Below are positions 28,715 to 41,810 of a DNA stretch of 64,000 nucleotides, in pieces. The notes under the pieces are model-generated. The model saw nothing but the letters and a program-made list of their open reading frames with translations. It did not search any database and was not told the DNA's origin. A program made the position numbers and the translations under genes. Where the stretch lies: NCBI GenBank assembly GCA_051294905.1, contig CM119371.1:932001-996000 (forward strand). Reading direction: 5' to 3'. Numbering within the stretch: position 1 is the first letter of the stretch; each line of letters opens with the position of its first letter. This DNA is from Botryllus schlosseri (taxonomy: Eukaryota).

Positions 28715-29405
28715 CCTTAACTGATGCAGAGTTAGAAGACTGCCGCGAGAAGCCTCTGATTTTGTTTCATCCATGCCGCAATCAAACAGTGCATGGAACA
28801 TCATGTAAAGCTCGTAACAGAAGCATCAGGGCACGTTTCGGGATTTCAAAGACGAGATGGCCTCATTCGCCGAAAAATTAAGTCTCGTAAACTGATGAAA
28901 AAACTTGACAAAAGAATGCATTTTTAATATAAGACGTTCAATGTGAATGTTTCATTATGATGTTTTGAACCGATTTTAAAAGGACTGTGTTGTGAATAAA
29001 TTTGTAATATGGGGCCAATATTCGGTATTGCCAGTGTGTTACTTTACTTTAAAAAAAACTAATGACAGATCACAAATAAATGCTGAATTTCAACAAAAAT
29101 GTGCGTATATATAGTTTTTTGGCTATAACTCATTTTGTGTTCGCAATAGAGAAAACTTTCTTCAGAAGACAGATAGAAACATGATGCTTCCGCAGATTTT
29201 GAGCTATATATCATGACTCTACGACCAGCGGTTGCCGAGATGGGCCATTTTACCCCCCCCCCACGCGCATAAATTGAGGGGTTGCCGGCTGGAAAATGGG
29301 GGCAACACCCTGAAGTCACTTTTAATTGAAGTTTTATGTCATTTGTCAGGATTGAGGAAGGCCTTTTTTGATTTGAAAAAAAAAAGTCATTTTCATTCCA
29401 CCCTA
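28715..29405 (+). mobile_element. Inverted second copy of the 3' end of the TAGGGTG-terminal transposon
   Basis: Reverse complement of ~22254-22950 (LTDAELE.CREKPLILFHPC; GVKWPISATAGRRVMIYSSKSAEASC), ending CATTCCACCCTA. Confidence 0.85.
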
Positions 29406-30597
29406 TAATGCCCAGGCCACTTGGATGTCGATGTTATTTTAGTCGTGTGTTACGAGCGAACCGGATTAGGAAAAGGTAAAAAGGAATTATATTACTAGAA
29501 ACAACAAAAACACGTATGTCACGAAAATTCTGTGTAGGTACATGTCGTAGCCGCGCGAAGAGCGAATTTTCTCAAAAGTAATAAAACATAGGTCAATAAA
29601 ATAATGTTAGTTGCACATATTGTGGTGGTTCGTTCCTGTATACTGCTGGGCTCATTTGGCCAGGACATGATCAATCAGCGCTTGGGCATATCAATATCGA
29701 AGGTTTGCCTGAACATGCGTCTATCACTTAGTGCAAAGTTTCATCGCCAACGATCTTTCCGCGAGCGCAGACGCCCATCAGTCGCACGTCGGACCACACA
29801 TTCTCGCGTAATTGCCGATATAGTTACACTCACTTCCGTAAATTAGGCGGATTTTGGATTTCCATGAGAAGGCAACAATACTAAAAGCAATAAATCACAC
29901 GCAGTGCTGAAAAATATTAAGTCAAATAATCTGATAAATCTGAAATATTCTAGTTTATGGTCATATACAAAGATCTACGAAAATGTGGATGACCCCTGGC
30001 TACGCCAACACGTCGGAACTGATATTTTAGTCCTGAACGCTCCAATGTCCAGTGTGCACACGGATGCAGGGGATGAATTACAAAAAAAAGTTGCCAGAAT
30101 TTGTTTTTAAGGTATAAGACATGGGAAACGGACTGAAAACCTAGACTTTTTGAAAGTCGGTCAATTCTGAACAACCCTAATATACGTATAACTGCTAAAA
30201 TACGTAAGCAACTGCATAGTCTCAGTTTATAGTTTCCAGCCAAAATAGACAATAGAGAAAAGAATTGATAAGATGCAATACATTACCTATTAGAATATGG
30301 ATATGATACAATTCGAACCTGCGCCAATCGTTTTGGACTATATAAACTAGATTCGAATTCAATTTCATTAAAATAAAAGCTTTGATCAGGGTAAGAACAG
30401 AAAACAGAAATAGACATTTCGCTAATAAATTACTTCACTATACCATTTTACGACAACGTAAGCTGTAAGCTTCGATCACCTCGTTTGCTGTCGATTTATT
30501 TTAGCAATTGAGGCTCAGTAAAACGCACAATCATTGAGTGATAGGTCGCTATCACAGATTACACCAGCGTTTTGCGAACAATCCGAACATATGCAAG

Positions 30598-32355
30598 CAG
30601 GGCATGGTATGGTATGGTATGGTATGGAAGTAGGGTATGGTATGGATCGATATTTTGGTATGGAATATGGAACAATGCAACTATGGTATGGAATGGAAGA
30701 TTTTAATCTATGGTATGGAACGACATTTCCATACTTCCATACTTTGGTATTTCATACATTTTATCGTGATCTGTGCAAGCTTCATGAAGCGTACGTCGTT
30801 CGCCGTTCACGGATTACGATCGCTTTTGTTATGCGTGAACGTGAACTATTGAACGCTGTGTAGGATCAAATACACGCTTGTGCAACGGTTTTATGAGCAC
30901 TTGGAATGGCATGATTTTGTGATGTAATAATCACAACAGTAATGTTGATCCGATATTCTATTGAGTCTAGACATGACGTCTCCGAGCATAGTCTATCATG
31001 TGACGCAATAATTGGTAATGTTGGCTACTCCAACTACCTCATTCCTTGAGTGACGAGAGCTTACAAGCAATCATGATGCAACTTACTTAATGCTCAATGT
31101 GATTAATAATTGAATTTCTTCTGAAACATCCGCACATTTATACTTATCGGTCATATTTCAAACCCTCTCGCATTAGGATTATAGATCAGGAAGTGGGGTA
31201 GATTTAGTTTGAAATTCTCGCCACACTAACCCCAACCAAATACTGTATTAATGATCACGCAGATCGCTGCAGTATTGATCGCCTGCAGCTGGGATATTTT
31301 ATGGGTGCGTCTATATTATAAATTATTTTGCGAGTATTTACTTCAAACTTGCATGTGCCTCCTGCCAATGTACCGGAAATGCGACGATATTTTTATGGGG
31401 CAGGGGCGTGCAACTTCTCTAGTCGGCGAGCCGGATATAGGAAAATTAAGTACTTGGCGGGCCGGATTGCTGAATGAATAAATTATTCGCCCATATATAC
31501 AAGGAATAAATCGTATTTATTGAATGTGTATGTTATCGACAGCAATGTCACTTCAAAGCTATTTCTCGCTGATGATGAAAATACAATGTAGATTTGAGAA
31601 CAGCATTGTCATACAGGTGCCGCCATGTCTGCTTCTCTCTGATCAACTAACTCACAGTGCAATTCTTAATTAAGATTTCAAAGCGTTTGATCAGCCCCTT
31701 TACCCAAAAATTACCAAGATATCAATTCATCAGGGTTGAGTTCATCGTAAATGCCGAAAATGCAAGTCTTCTCGCTTTGAAGAACTTACCAGTAAGCTCC
31801 ACTCTCGCACGCTGCGCAGTGCGCAGACCTATGTAATCACATGTGTTCACTAAAATTTGACGTTTAGGCAAGTAGTGGGGAATCTCGGCAGACTGGGGCC
31901 GCAGGCCACATTATCATGTAAGACGGGAAACTGTCCGCGGGCAGGACAAAATCTCGTTGCGGGCCGTATGTTGCCAGTCCCTTTTATGGACGGTCCTAGA
32001 TAACAATTTGCTGACTATCTCAATTTGCTCGCGGAAGCTGGAGAGTAGAGGTACACGGCATAGCACCAATGTGAACTAAACCTCACAAAACAGACTCTTT
32101 GAAACTTTTACCAGGAGTTAGATTCGCATCATGGCTAGTTTAAGCAATAATGACTTCCAAAATATCAATAATATAGGTGCTAGAAAAGGTACTATACTTA
32201 TGATATTGATGTATTTGAAAGTATGGAATATGTATCAAGTATGGTATGGAATAATGTTGGTATGGTATGGAAAATTGCAAGTATGGTATGGAGAGAGTAA
32301 GGCAAGTATGGAGTATGGAAAATTCTCGTTCCATACCATACCATACCATGCCCTG
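30598..32355. mobile_element. Non-autonomous hAT element with (GGTAT)n subterminal repeats and a nested MITE at ~31400-31985
   Basis: TIRs CAGGGCATGGTATGGTATGG / CCATACCATACCATGCCCTG, with an 8-bp TSD TATGCAAG at 30590-30597 and 32356-32363. Confidence 0.9.
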
Positions 32356-32690
32356 TATGCAAGATACCGTGATTTTTGTCGACACCGATTACTCATTACT
32401 CGATGACTTGAAATTGACTCGTGAATTCTGCTCCGAGTCACGAGTCAATCCAGATTTTCGATACGCCGAGTCAAGTCAAGTCAAGTCATTTTAGCAAATA
32501 TCTCGATTCAAGACAAGTCCTACGAGAAAGGTGACTCGAGTCATCCCAACACTGATACCTGCTCATCATGCCATATAATGTGGTCGTACGGATTCATAAA
32601 ATTACACAACACATTCATTAAGCTGCGTTCGATTTATGTTCAATAAATCCTCTGTCCAAATACCGGTGAATGCCTCAACAAATAGACTTT

Positions 32691-33349
32691 TAGGGCGGAG
32701 ATAATAAAGTAGGATTAGCAATTAAGTCGATTATCCCCTTCGTCAGGATTTATCAACCCAGGATTAAGGAAACCGTTTGATCGCAGCGCATAAAGTTAGT
32801 GTTAATCTCTTCATTTAACTAGCTGGGACAAACTATAGATTACTAGTTAGAAACTAGGTACACTGCGTAACATTCCTACGCCGAATTATTTCCGACAATT
32901 CCGATTGTCTCCTAGCCTGGGTAATGGATTCACCATGTTAACATTATATCTATAGCTTCACTAAGCAATCAACGAATTATTAAGGCCTAACCACCATTGC
33001 AGAGCGATATCCGTTTCTTAGTTGTATCGAATAGGACACGACTTTCATTTGGCGATGAAGGATTGTGGAATCTATATAGTTTTATAGTTTCTATAGTTTT
33101 TATAGTTTATATAGTTTCGCATTATAACGCGCGCCGCTTGATTGAAAACTCTGGAGACCTCGACTAACCATCGCGCGAAACCTTCTTCAACTTTATGCGT
33201 CGCCATTAGCAGTATTTGATCATACGATTAGCATTCTTCCGGATCTGCAAACTTTACCATCTCCGCCTAAAATGGGTCCCAATCTACAGTTTCCTTATCA
33301 CATGATTAGCATTCTCCCAGATCCGTCAACTTTATTATCTCCGCCCTTA
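32691..33349. mobile_element. MITE
   Basis: TIRs TAGGGCGGAGATAATAAAGT / ACTTTATTATCTCCGCCCTTA. Confidence 0.75.
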
Positions 33350-34074
33350 GTGCTTTATAATGATTATGGGCTACTCGTCAGTGAATTCTTGGAAGTTTCT
33401 GATATTGGTAATTCTCGATTAAACTCAAACTCGACCACATCGGTATGACGAGCCAGATATCAGCATCACTCTATGTAGCCTAAAAACCTGCAGTGTTCCT
33501 TGTTCATTCCCATTCTAATCCAGGCTACGAGTTTAAAATTTATGAGGCATATTTATCCATCACTCTCTCCTGCCTCATATCACTATTCCCCTGAAACATT
33601 TTCGTTCTATCCTAGCTCTTGTTGAAAGAAGCTTCCGACCCCGGCGGCAGATCAGTCTCCTCCACTGCAAAACCATTTCTTTGAACTGCTATAAGCAGGT
33701 TGTTGCTATTGTTGTTGCCAGTACGGTACTCTCGAGTTATTGGATTATGACGTCACTCAGTTCACCGGGGGGTTTAACCTTAGGCCACGGGAAAGTGATG
33801 CGGCGACCATTCATTGCGCATAAATCACTTAGTTTGTAGATCAAACTCTATGCCAGGGCCGGCAACCCGTGGCCCGCGAGAAGGTTTTTGAGTGGCCCGC
33901 GAGGTAATTTCCGAAATTTATAATATCATCCAAAATGGATTGCTCAGATTGTGAACTTGCAAGGTCAACCAAAAATCTGATTATTCTGGCCGCAGCACTT
34001 GAGATGGGATGACTGAAATATCAGTTCCGACGCATTGGCAGATCCATCAGCCAGTCACATATTGGTATATCTTC

Positions 34075-35370
34075 CAGAGGTGGTCAAAGTAGTCAAGAAA
34101 GCTACTCAAGTAGAAGTAGAAGTAGCGACGAAAAAAATCTACTCAAGTACAAGTAGAAGTACTTCTTTCATGAGCAACCTAAAACTACTTGAAGTAGAAG
34201 TAGAATTGACTGACTCTAGAAGTACTCAAGTAAGTAAGTAGTTGTGAAAATGATCCTGATTGGATGGATTATAAAAAGGTGCAAATTGAGCTATGTGATA
34301 GGTGACGAGCTTGATTGATATTGATGCATACCAGCAGGTATCCAATTTTCGATAGCAGAAGCATTCGTCCACATCATGGGATGAAAATGATAGTATTGGC
34401 AAGGAAATGCGATACTAATCCTCTGTTTTCTCGAACAATACGTTTTGGAAAATAGCATGGTATGGCGTCATCCCCCATATTATAAGGCCCGTAGTTTAGT
34501 CGAAGAGCAATAAGGAGAAGTTGTATAGGATACGGTCTAAACACTTTGTGCGATTAGTAAACGTTAATAAAAAATATGGTGGACCGTAAAATAGCCATAT
34601 TATGTAGCTTTATTTCCAAAAATTTAAGGCATTACTGCACTTACTTTTATACTTCAACATGTATGTTATTCGGATAACAGAACTGATATTAATTATAACT
34701 CAAAGTATATGACACTGGGAATTGAAAGTGAAATATAAATACTACTTCTAAAAGTAGAATATGTATTTCATGTTTTTAGTCAAGAAAGTATCAAAGGTAG
34801 TATGCTAAAACAGCTCTAAAATTTTAAAAAAAAGTCCACTCTTCCAGATTAGGACACGCCATGGACATATTTGCTAGATTACGATATGACAAGAAAATGC
34901 TAGATTGCGAAACATCAGCTTCAAAGTTTATGATGAGCCATACATACTGTGATGAATTATTTCATATGGGCGAAGGGCGACAGTGTGGTGTGAACGGAAC
35001 CACGCCAACCCTCCATCTAAATTATATTCACCGATACTTTCGTGAAATCATACTGCATGGTCACTCCGTATCCACTGGGCGCGAAGCGTGACGGAAATTC
35101 TGTGCTTTACTAAACTTTTATGAAAATTAGATGGCAATACTCCTTGAAAACAGCCCCGAAATTCCTCAGGCTATCTTCCTGATTGGAAGATTGAACTACT
35201 TCTACTTGACAAACTGAAAATAGCGAAAAGTAAGTAAGTAGATCACAAAATATTAACAAGTAGAAGTAGAAGTAGCGAAAATCAGATCTACTTGAGTAAG
35301 TACCAGAAGTAGATGAAAACTACTTGAGTACTTCGAAAAAGTAGAAGTACTTCGTTACTGACCACCTCTG
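34075..35370. mobile_element. Non-autonomous hAT element (AAGTAG-rich ends)
   Basis: TIRs CAGAGGTGGTCA / TGACCACCTCTG, with an 8-bp TSD ATATCTTC at 34067-34074 and 35371-35378. Confidence 0.9.
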
Positions 35371-35510
35371 ATATCTTCGTACACTACAATAAAGCAGAAT
35401 AATTTGCGATAGATTTATCAAAAGTAAAAATTTTCTACAATAGCTTAGTAGCGCAACATGTTGTCACTCGATTTCTTGTTTTTAATATTGTTGCCTAGGC
35501 TTACCATACG

Positions 35511-37324
35511 ATGAGTCAAGAGAATACAGGCAAGGCCTGGGGAGCGGAAGTCCGTCAATTCGTGCTAGCAGAAGACGAAGAATCTACTCTAAAACAGGAC
35601 TTGGAAAGAACAGCTGCTGAAGCGCTTATACTTGCAAATGAAGATTATAAACCACCAGATATTGAAGACCCTGAGAATCAATGGGAAGGGCTGAAACCTG
35701 AGATTTGGTTACCAATCTTCGAAAAATAGAAGAACGAAATAGGCAGTCTGGAAAAGAATCTATCACGTGATTCAGGTTTACCCTACAAGTTCACGCTTGA
35801 GCTCAAAGACGAGACAGTCGACCCATTCGTAGGAAAGGCGTATACCTTACGAAATGACGTACATACAAGGGGATTGGAAAAAGAACTGGACAGATATCTA
35901 CAATTGGGCGTTATTGAAGTGGGTAACTCTGAATGGAAAACCTCACCCTTTGTAGTGGCTCAAAAACAGAACAACAGACAGAAGGAGGAAGCATTGAAAC
36001 GGCACCTTGAACAAGGATTAACGGGGGAACCGGATCCGCCTATGAGAGTAGTTCAAGATTTCGTACCTCTCAACAACAATACTAAAGCTACAAATGTAGT
36101 ACCACCTCTGATATCTGATTTGATACATAAAGCATCGGGAAGGACGAAGAAAACGCTGATAGATCTCACCAAGGCATATTATCACGTGCAGGTGCCAGAA
36201 CAATATCGCAAATATCTGGGAATTGCAGTACGAAATAGAGAACTACGTTGGAAACGTTTAGCTATGGGCCTCAAAAATGCTGTGGCAATATTCCAGCAAT
36301 CGATGAATGAAGGATTGGTAGAACCAGTAACGCGAGAATACAGAAAGCTTGCAAAAACCCATGGATGGGGAGAAGAAGAGGAAAAAGCGTGCCCTATATT
36401 CGCATACATTGATGATATTCTACTCATAACAAAGACAGATGAACAGCATCTAGTATTACTAGATCTGGTGTTTGCTCAACTTGCTGAACTTCGACTCACC
36501 ATCAGTATCAATAAGTGCTTTGTGGGAAAGAAGAAAATAAATCTACTTGGCGTGTTGCTGGATGAAGATACGGTCAAAGTACAACCTGAAAGGATCAGGG
36601 CCTTGCGTGAAATGCCACCACCCAGGAATATATTCGAACTACGCGGATATATTGGAGCTTTAAGATATTTGGCAGCGCACTTTGAAGATATGGCGATGAT
36701 ACTGGCGTGTTTTGATAGCCAGACAGGATGTGTACCAGCGTCACAAAGCAGGCGAGTACCTGTTAAATGGACACGAAAATTGCTTGAACATTACACGAAA
36801 ATGCGTGATGTTCTACTACGACCGAAAACGCTCTTTCATATACGAATGGGGCTACCAATCTTCGTACAAACAGACGCAGCGTTGGACGGGATGGGTGCAG
36901 TTCTATACCAAACGGAGAACGCAGAGCCCATTCCCACAAACAGATATATCCCGTGGCTTACTACTCAAAGAAATGGAAACCTAATGAAAAAAGTTCATAC
37001 AGTGCGTGTAAAAAAGAAATTTTGGCGGTGGTACGAGCTTTCGAGAAATGGGGTTCTATACTTCTGGGTAGACCCGTATCAATACTTACGGACAAAGGAG
37101 TAATGGGAATATTGAAGAAAGTCACTGAGGGTAACAAACAAGCTTCAGATGACCCGCAAATGATGAGATGGGTAGCTGTGATCAGCGCCTACAATATCAG
37201 AAACGTGGTTCATATTTCTACATCAGAAATATTCACGGCGGATGCACTATCAAGAATGTTTGTAGAAAACACGGCAGTGGAAGAAGGTGACCCACTGGCC
37301 TGGATAGCTATCAAGAAAGGCGGA
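35511..37324 (+). pseudogene. pol: pol: reverse transcriptase and RNase H (Ty3/gypsy- or caulimovirid-like)
   Basis: RT motifs MRVVQDFVPLN, IDLTKAYYHV, LAMGLKNAVAIFQ, AYIDDILL, INKC and NLLG. RNase H motifs QTDAALDGMGAVL, AYYSKK, KEILAV, LTD and ADALSR. In-frame TAG at 35727 and a frameshift near 36950. Confidence 0.93.
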
Positions 37325-37822
37325 ATGACAAAAAATGAGAAGGAAAAGCTTAACAGAAAATTGATTAAACATCTCAGGCATACAGAATGTATGCTACAGA
37401 AGAAGGGTTGGCACCCTATGGCATGTGCTATGAAATATGGCTATGATGATCCGAAGGAATGGATTGAGAATGACAGAATAATGATCTCGGAGCATGGGAT
37501 TGCGGCAAAACAAGGACATACTAAAGGACAGAATCCGCAAATGCAGCAGTGGCTTAACCCGGAAGGGCTAACAACATTGTTTCATGCTACTCGAAAGAAC
37601 CGAGTATCCCCTATTATGGCAGAAGGCATAGCTAAAATGGGAAGACGTTTTGTACATCTATACACGGACGAAAGAGATGCGAAGCAAAAGGGAGAAGTCT
37701 GCATCTGCGTTGACATAGAAAGACTCAAACCGCAATCACTATGGTCCTTGAATGACGCGTCGAAAGTTGTACTATCATCGGACATAATTCCTAATGATTG
37801 TATATCTATTTCAGATGAATAG
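37325..37822 (+). CDS. Tpt1/KptA-like RNA 2'-phosphotransferase domain, in frame with RNase H
   Basis: Motifs in the correct order: KLIKHLRH...GW, NDRI, IAAKQGHT, LFHAT, GIAKMGRRFVHL, ICVD, VVLSSDIIPNDCI. Confidence 0.82.
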   Translation: MTKNEKEKLNRKLIKHLRHTECMLQKKGWHPMACAMKYGYDDPKEWIENDRIMISEHGIAAKQGHTKGQNPQMQQWLNPEGLTTLFHATRKNRVSPIMAEGIAKMGRRFVHLYTDERDAKQKGEVCICVDIERLKPQSLWSLNDASKVVLSSDIIPNDCISISDE

Positions 37823-39732
37823 GAATCTACCATATTACCCTAGTAAGTCGGCTAATGCTGCTATGCATCTGAGACTGAGGGAATATGGAATGATACGACA
37901 TGGATGGAATACGAAACCTACCGCATCAGGAAATAATTACGTGAACCGTCTGGCGCTTATTACTGTGTGGCCTCTACCCAGTAACTCACGGCTAAATCCA
38001 CTACAATTAAGTATAACCAATGAAATGCAAGGAAATGACTGAAGAAAACAAAGGCCGGGGTTTGAAGAAAGCTTGAGTGAAGTTTGGAGAATGTTTCGAT
38101 CCTATGAGATACATCCTAATGTGGATAAGCTATACGCTTACTTCACTGATGGAGAATACCGTAAAGCAGGGGTTCTCAACTTCCCTTGTATCGCGGGCCG
38201 CATTTTAACAGCAAAAGACGCTGCGGGCCGCAAAACATTATTGCCATGTAATTGTGGGCTACTATTAAATTTAGGCTACTGTAGCCTATTTACCAGTCAT
38301 ATACAGGCCGATATATTCCCCTTTAAACCCTTTCAACAGAGAACCGAACTCTCTGCTTCAAACCGGAAGAGAGCAAGTATAAAATTACGGTAACTTTTGC
38401 GTTAGAGAAGCCATTATCACATTGAGCTCTCAGTCATATATAAATTAGTTAGCTTTGTCAAGTTGGTGTTTTTCGCTGGTTCCCCTCCCACGTTGGCCCA
38501 GCCTGCATTTTCTCTATGTTCACTCTGACAAAATGCACCCAGATAATTAGATATGCAGAGTCTGTGGAGTCGGTGAATTCATCCAATGCTAGGATAAAGT
38601 AGTCTACGTGACTACGTGTTTCAGAACATGCGATAAAAGATCGACTGACATTGCTGTAACTCTTTTGGTCATGGTTGAATCAGACAACTGTAGTTTCGAC
38701 ATATGCCAGGTGCTGTTGTAATTGCTGCTAAGTTCCGGAAACATCAAATACTCGCAGAATTTTATTGAAAACACACTTTCTCTAGCAAATTTCTTGGGTT
38801 TAGCGATATTCCCAGCAATTTTGAACGATTTGTCTGCAACGTCGTCGGCAATCTTAAATGCCTCGAAATATGGATTACTGGGCTTGAAACCTAGCTAGCA
38901 ACGTTATTTATAAGATCAGGCGATCTGAATAACTCCAAACGTTATGCCATACGAAAACGGTTCTTCGACAAGTATGATACAACGGTCTTCTATTTATTTC
39001 TGAGAAAACAAATTCATTGTTCCACGCTGAGTCACAAACCCAGTTTTTGCCGTTTTATTGCCCATTCCGTGCTCTTGTTTCTGTTCAAACCATTCGCGGT
39101 GAGTAAAACACTCTTTAAAAAATGTACTACGTATAGCGGGATTGTCGTGAACCAGAGTCCAACCGAATACGGATTCAAAACAATAACAATCTAAACTCGA
39201 GCATATATCAAGAAACCAGAACACATCAAAAATGATTAATTAAACGAAAGAGAGATAAGAGAGCTAAGCAGCTAAATTAATATGTAACAATACCGTGTCA
39301 GTAATAATTGCGTTCATAATGAAAGATGTCGCGGGCCGCAAAATAAACGTCTGCGGGCCGCATGCGGCCCGCGGGCCGCGGGTTGAGAACCCCTGCCGTA
39401 AAGCATTGGACAATGGAGTATTGCCGATGAAACAAAAATATTTGCAGGGATATAAATACAAATTCGGTATACTCACTACTTGTGAGTTGGCGCCTAAAGG
39501 TTGGGAAAAGAGACACAGAATATCTGTTACACTACCTAGTGTACAGAGTAAATCCAAGTACCCTCGTAAGGAGGTCCTGAAAAATTGGAACAATACTGAA
39601 CAATGTCAGCCATTACATCTATGGCAATGGAATGGAAGCAAAAACTGGTTATGGGCGAGCAAACACTTTATACCTAACGAGTTGAGAGATGATAATGTGA
39701 TTTTCGTTGGGACTGCGACATTGATAGACTGA
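37815..39732 (+). pseudogene. ORF3 of the retroelement (~225 aa), possible divergent Tpt1-like paralogue, split by a hAT insertion
   Basis: Its ATG overlaps the pol end (gATGAATAG). One TGA at 38040. The frame rejoins across the 38167-39395 insert as ...FTDGEYRK|ALDNGVLPMKQKY... Confidence 0.65.
38167..39395. mobile_element. Non-autonomous hAT element inserted in ORF3
   Basis: TIRs CAGGGGTTCTCAAC / GTTGAGAACCCCTG, with an 8-bp TSD CCGTAAAG at 38159-38166 and 39396-39403. Confidence 0.93.
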
Positions 39733-39775
39733 TATTTGTGCAACTGAACATTTAGCACTGAATACAATACTAACA

Positions 39776-41040
39776 ATGGTATACGCTTTACAGATAATAG
39801 TTACAATACCTATGTCGGAAGTGAACATATCGAGTGTGACTGAAACAACCACGGTGGAAAAGAACAACATATTTGAAATATACATACCACCTGTGAACTC
39901 GGAATGGGCCACGTTCGCATTGCTTCTGTTGTCTATTGCTGGATTATCATGGTCATTTATTGCGTTCTGCTGGACGCGGAGGATCGAAAACGAATCAGAC
40001 GGATGAAAAACAACCTATAATCCCGAGCTCGGATCTACAATTGTTGGCATAGAAGACAAGGTACACTGGTTACAGACTGAAGTCTATGATGAATCGTTAC
40101 ACGGCAATAACTCCACTCATAAATGGATACCTATAGCCGGATGGGAGGAAGTCAAGTACAACATGACATCAGAATGCGACGAAAAAGATGACACTCTTTC
40201 GAATTTTCCAACTAGTACATATGGAATAGTAAGATCGAGATCTGTGAATTATGTGGAAAAATACTTCCATAATACAACAATATTCTCGTCCCATGACGAA
40301 TATATCTCCGAATGCAGAACAAACAATGCGACAACATACCGGAAAAGATCTGAGATATTGCCTGAATTGCATCCTCTAGTGTTTGATCGGAGCGTGATTT
40401 ATGTTCGAGACAATAAACCATACCAATGGCATCATTGGAATTGGGATCCGGTATCGAATAATGCGAGGTCATGGAATGAAGAAGATATTACAGTCCTCAA
40501 TTTGGTGGAATTCTTCACGGCATATCGCATACAAGTTTCATTGCTATTCCAAGAATTTGCCGAAGTTCATGCTAATTGTACGACTAAGAAAGAAGCTAGA
40601 GAAGCTAGTGCAATTTAAAGAGGGGAGAATTAGGTGGCAACTCAGCCGAATAAGTTGGTCATATTCAATCAATTATTCCTATGACAGTAGGCTAAAGTAC
40701 CTTTGTGGCAGGGATTTTTCGACAAATGGCATCACCATGCGCTGAAAATAAGGACAGAATGGACCATAGATTGTTCGTTCTATGGCAAAGAATCGTCCCG
40801 AATACGACCCGAGACACTAAAGGCCGATCCGTATCTAGTCATGACCTGGGGAAAAACAGATAAGCGATTTAGTAAAACGAGCCCTAAAAGAATGCATGAA
40901 GAAATGAAATGCATTACTGGAAGTGCGGCAATACCAAGCGGTGCGCATCTCGCATTCCCAATGTTGTCTCCAGCGGAGACAATTGAAGCGTAGCCATTTT
41001 GTCTCCTTGGCTACCTAGTCGTCGGAAATTTTACCTGGGC
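39776..41040 (+). pseudogene. env: env-like glycoprotein, 5' part (signal/anchor and surface subunit)
   Basis: ORFs 39776, 40163 and 40703 share one frame, and 40007-40162 is open after TGA 40004. Hydrophobic segment WATFALLLLSIAGLSWSFIAFCW, several NxS/T sequons, Trp/Cys-rich. Confidence 0.65.
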
Positions 41041-41639
41041 GCTTATGGGTTTACGCATTGTACCTTCATAAAACGGACTAATAATCAGGTACTGTTAGTT
41101 ATCAGCCGTTTATCTTTTGATATTGCGTTTATACTAAACCATTTATTCCTATAACTTACAGATTATAACATCGGGAATTCTGGGAATAGAATAAGAAGTA
41201 CGATAGAAACAGGATATAACTCAGATGTCAGAACAGCAGTTAGCTATCGAAGTAAGATTCACAACTCTGAACTAATATCACTGATCACTGGGTGATCCTT
41301 TTAAATTTTTCATCCATATGCATTTTCACATCCATGTACACTGTACAGGTGATTCCAAGATAATGTCGAGGGGGGTGGGGATCAGTCGGTCAGGTGTGCT
41401 GTGCTTATAATATAAGTTATAAGCTTATGGCTGTACAAAACGTTTGAAGGCAGTATCGAGTTTGTGAGGAGTTATAGCGAGGATGAGGAAATACAGTGTA
41501 AGCGGCGATATCCACTTACTTTTTATCTGTGAGATTTTAGCATTTATAAGGGAGACAATTTTTCATCTAACATTTTGCTTGATGCCAGCTTGACACTTTG
41601 AAAAATTTTCTATTTACAGATACATGAACAGATGATTGT

Positions 41640-41810
41640 ATTATGCATTATGCATTGCAGCTGAAGGAATGCTTAAGAACACCTGATTATTACTATGGTA
41701 TGTGTTCAGTTTCCCTTGGTAGCAATGATGCTCTAAAGAACGAATGGATTGGAGACATCAAGAGAGAAAATTGGAAGCCCTCAAAATATTAAAGGATCTG
41801 CTCCAAAGAA
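41640..41810 (+). pseudogene. THAP-domain fragment in a non-retroviral insert (~41050-43870) that interrupts env
   Basis: Hand translation gives LKNEWIGDIKRENWKPSKY*RICSK, the THAP W...R..WxP....ICS signature. Insert ends are not resolved. Confidence 0.6.

Noticed and set aside
30534..32494. WYG-rich ORFs (30534, 30637, 32131, 32140, 32267)
   Set aside because: Translations of the (GGTAT)n subterminal repeats of a MITE.
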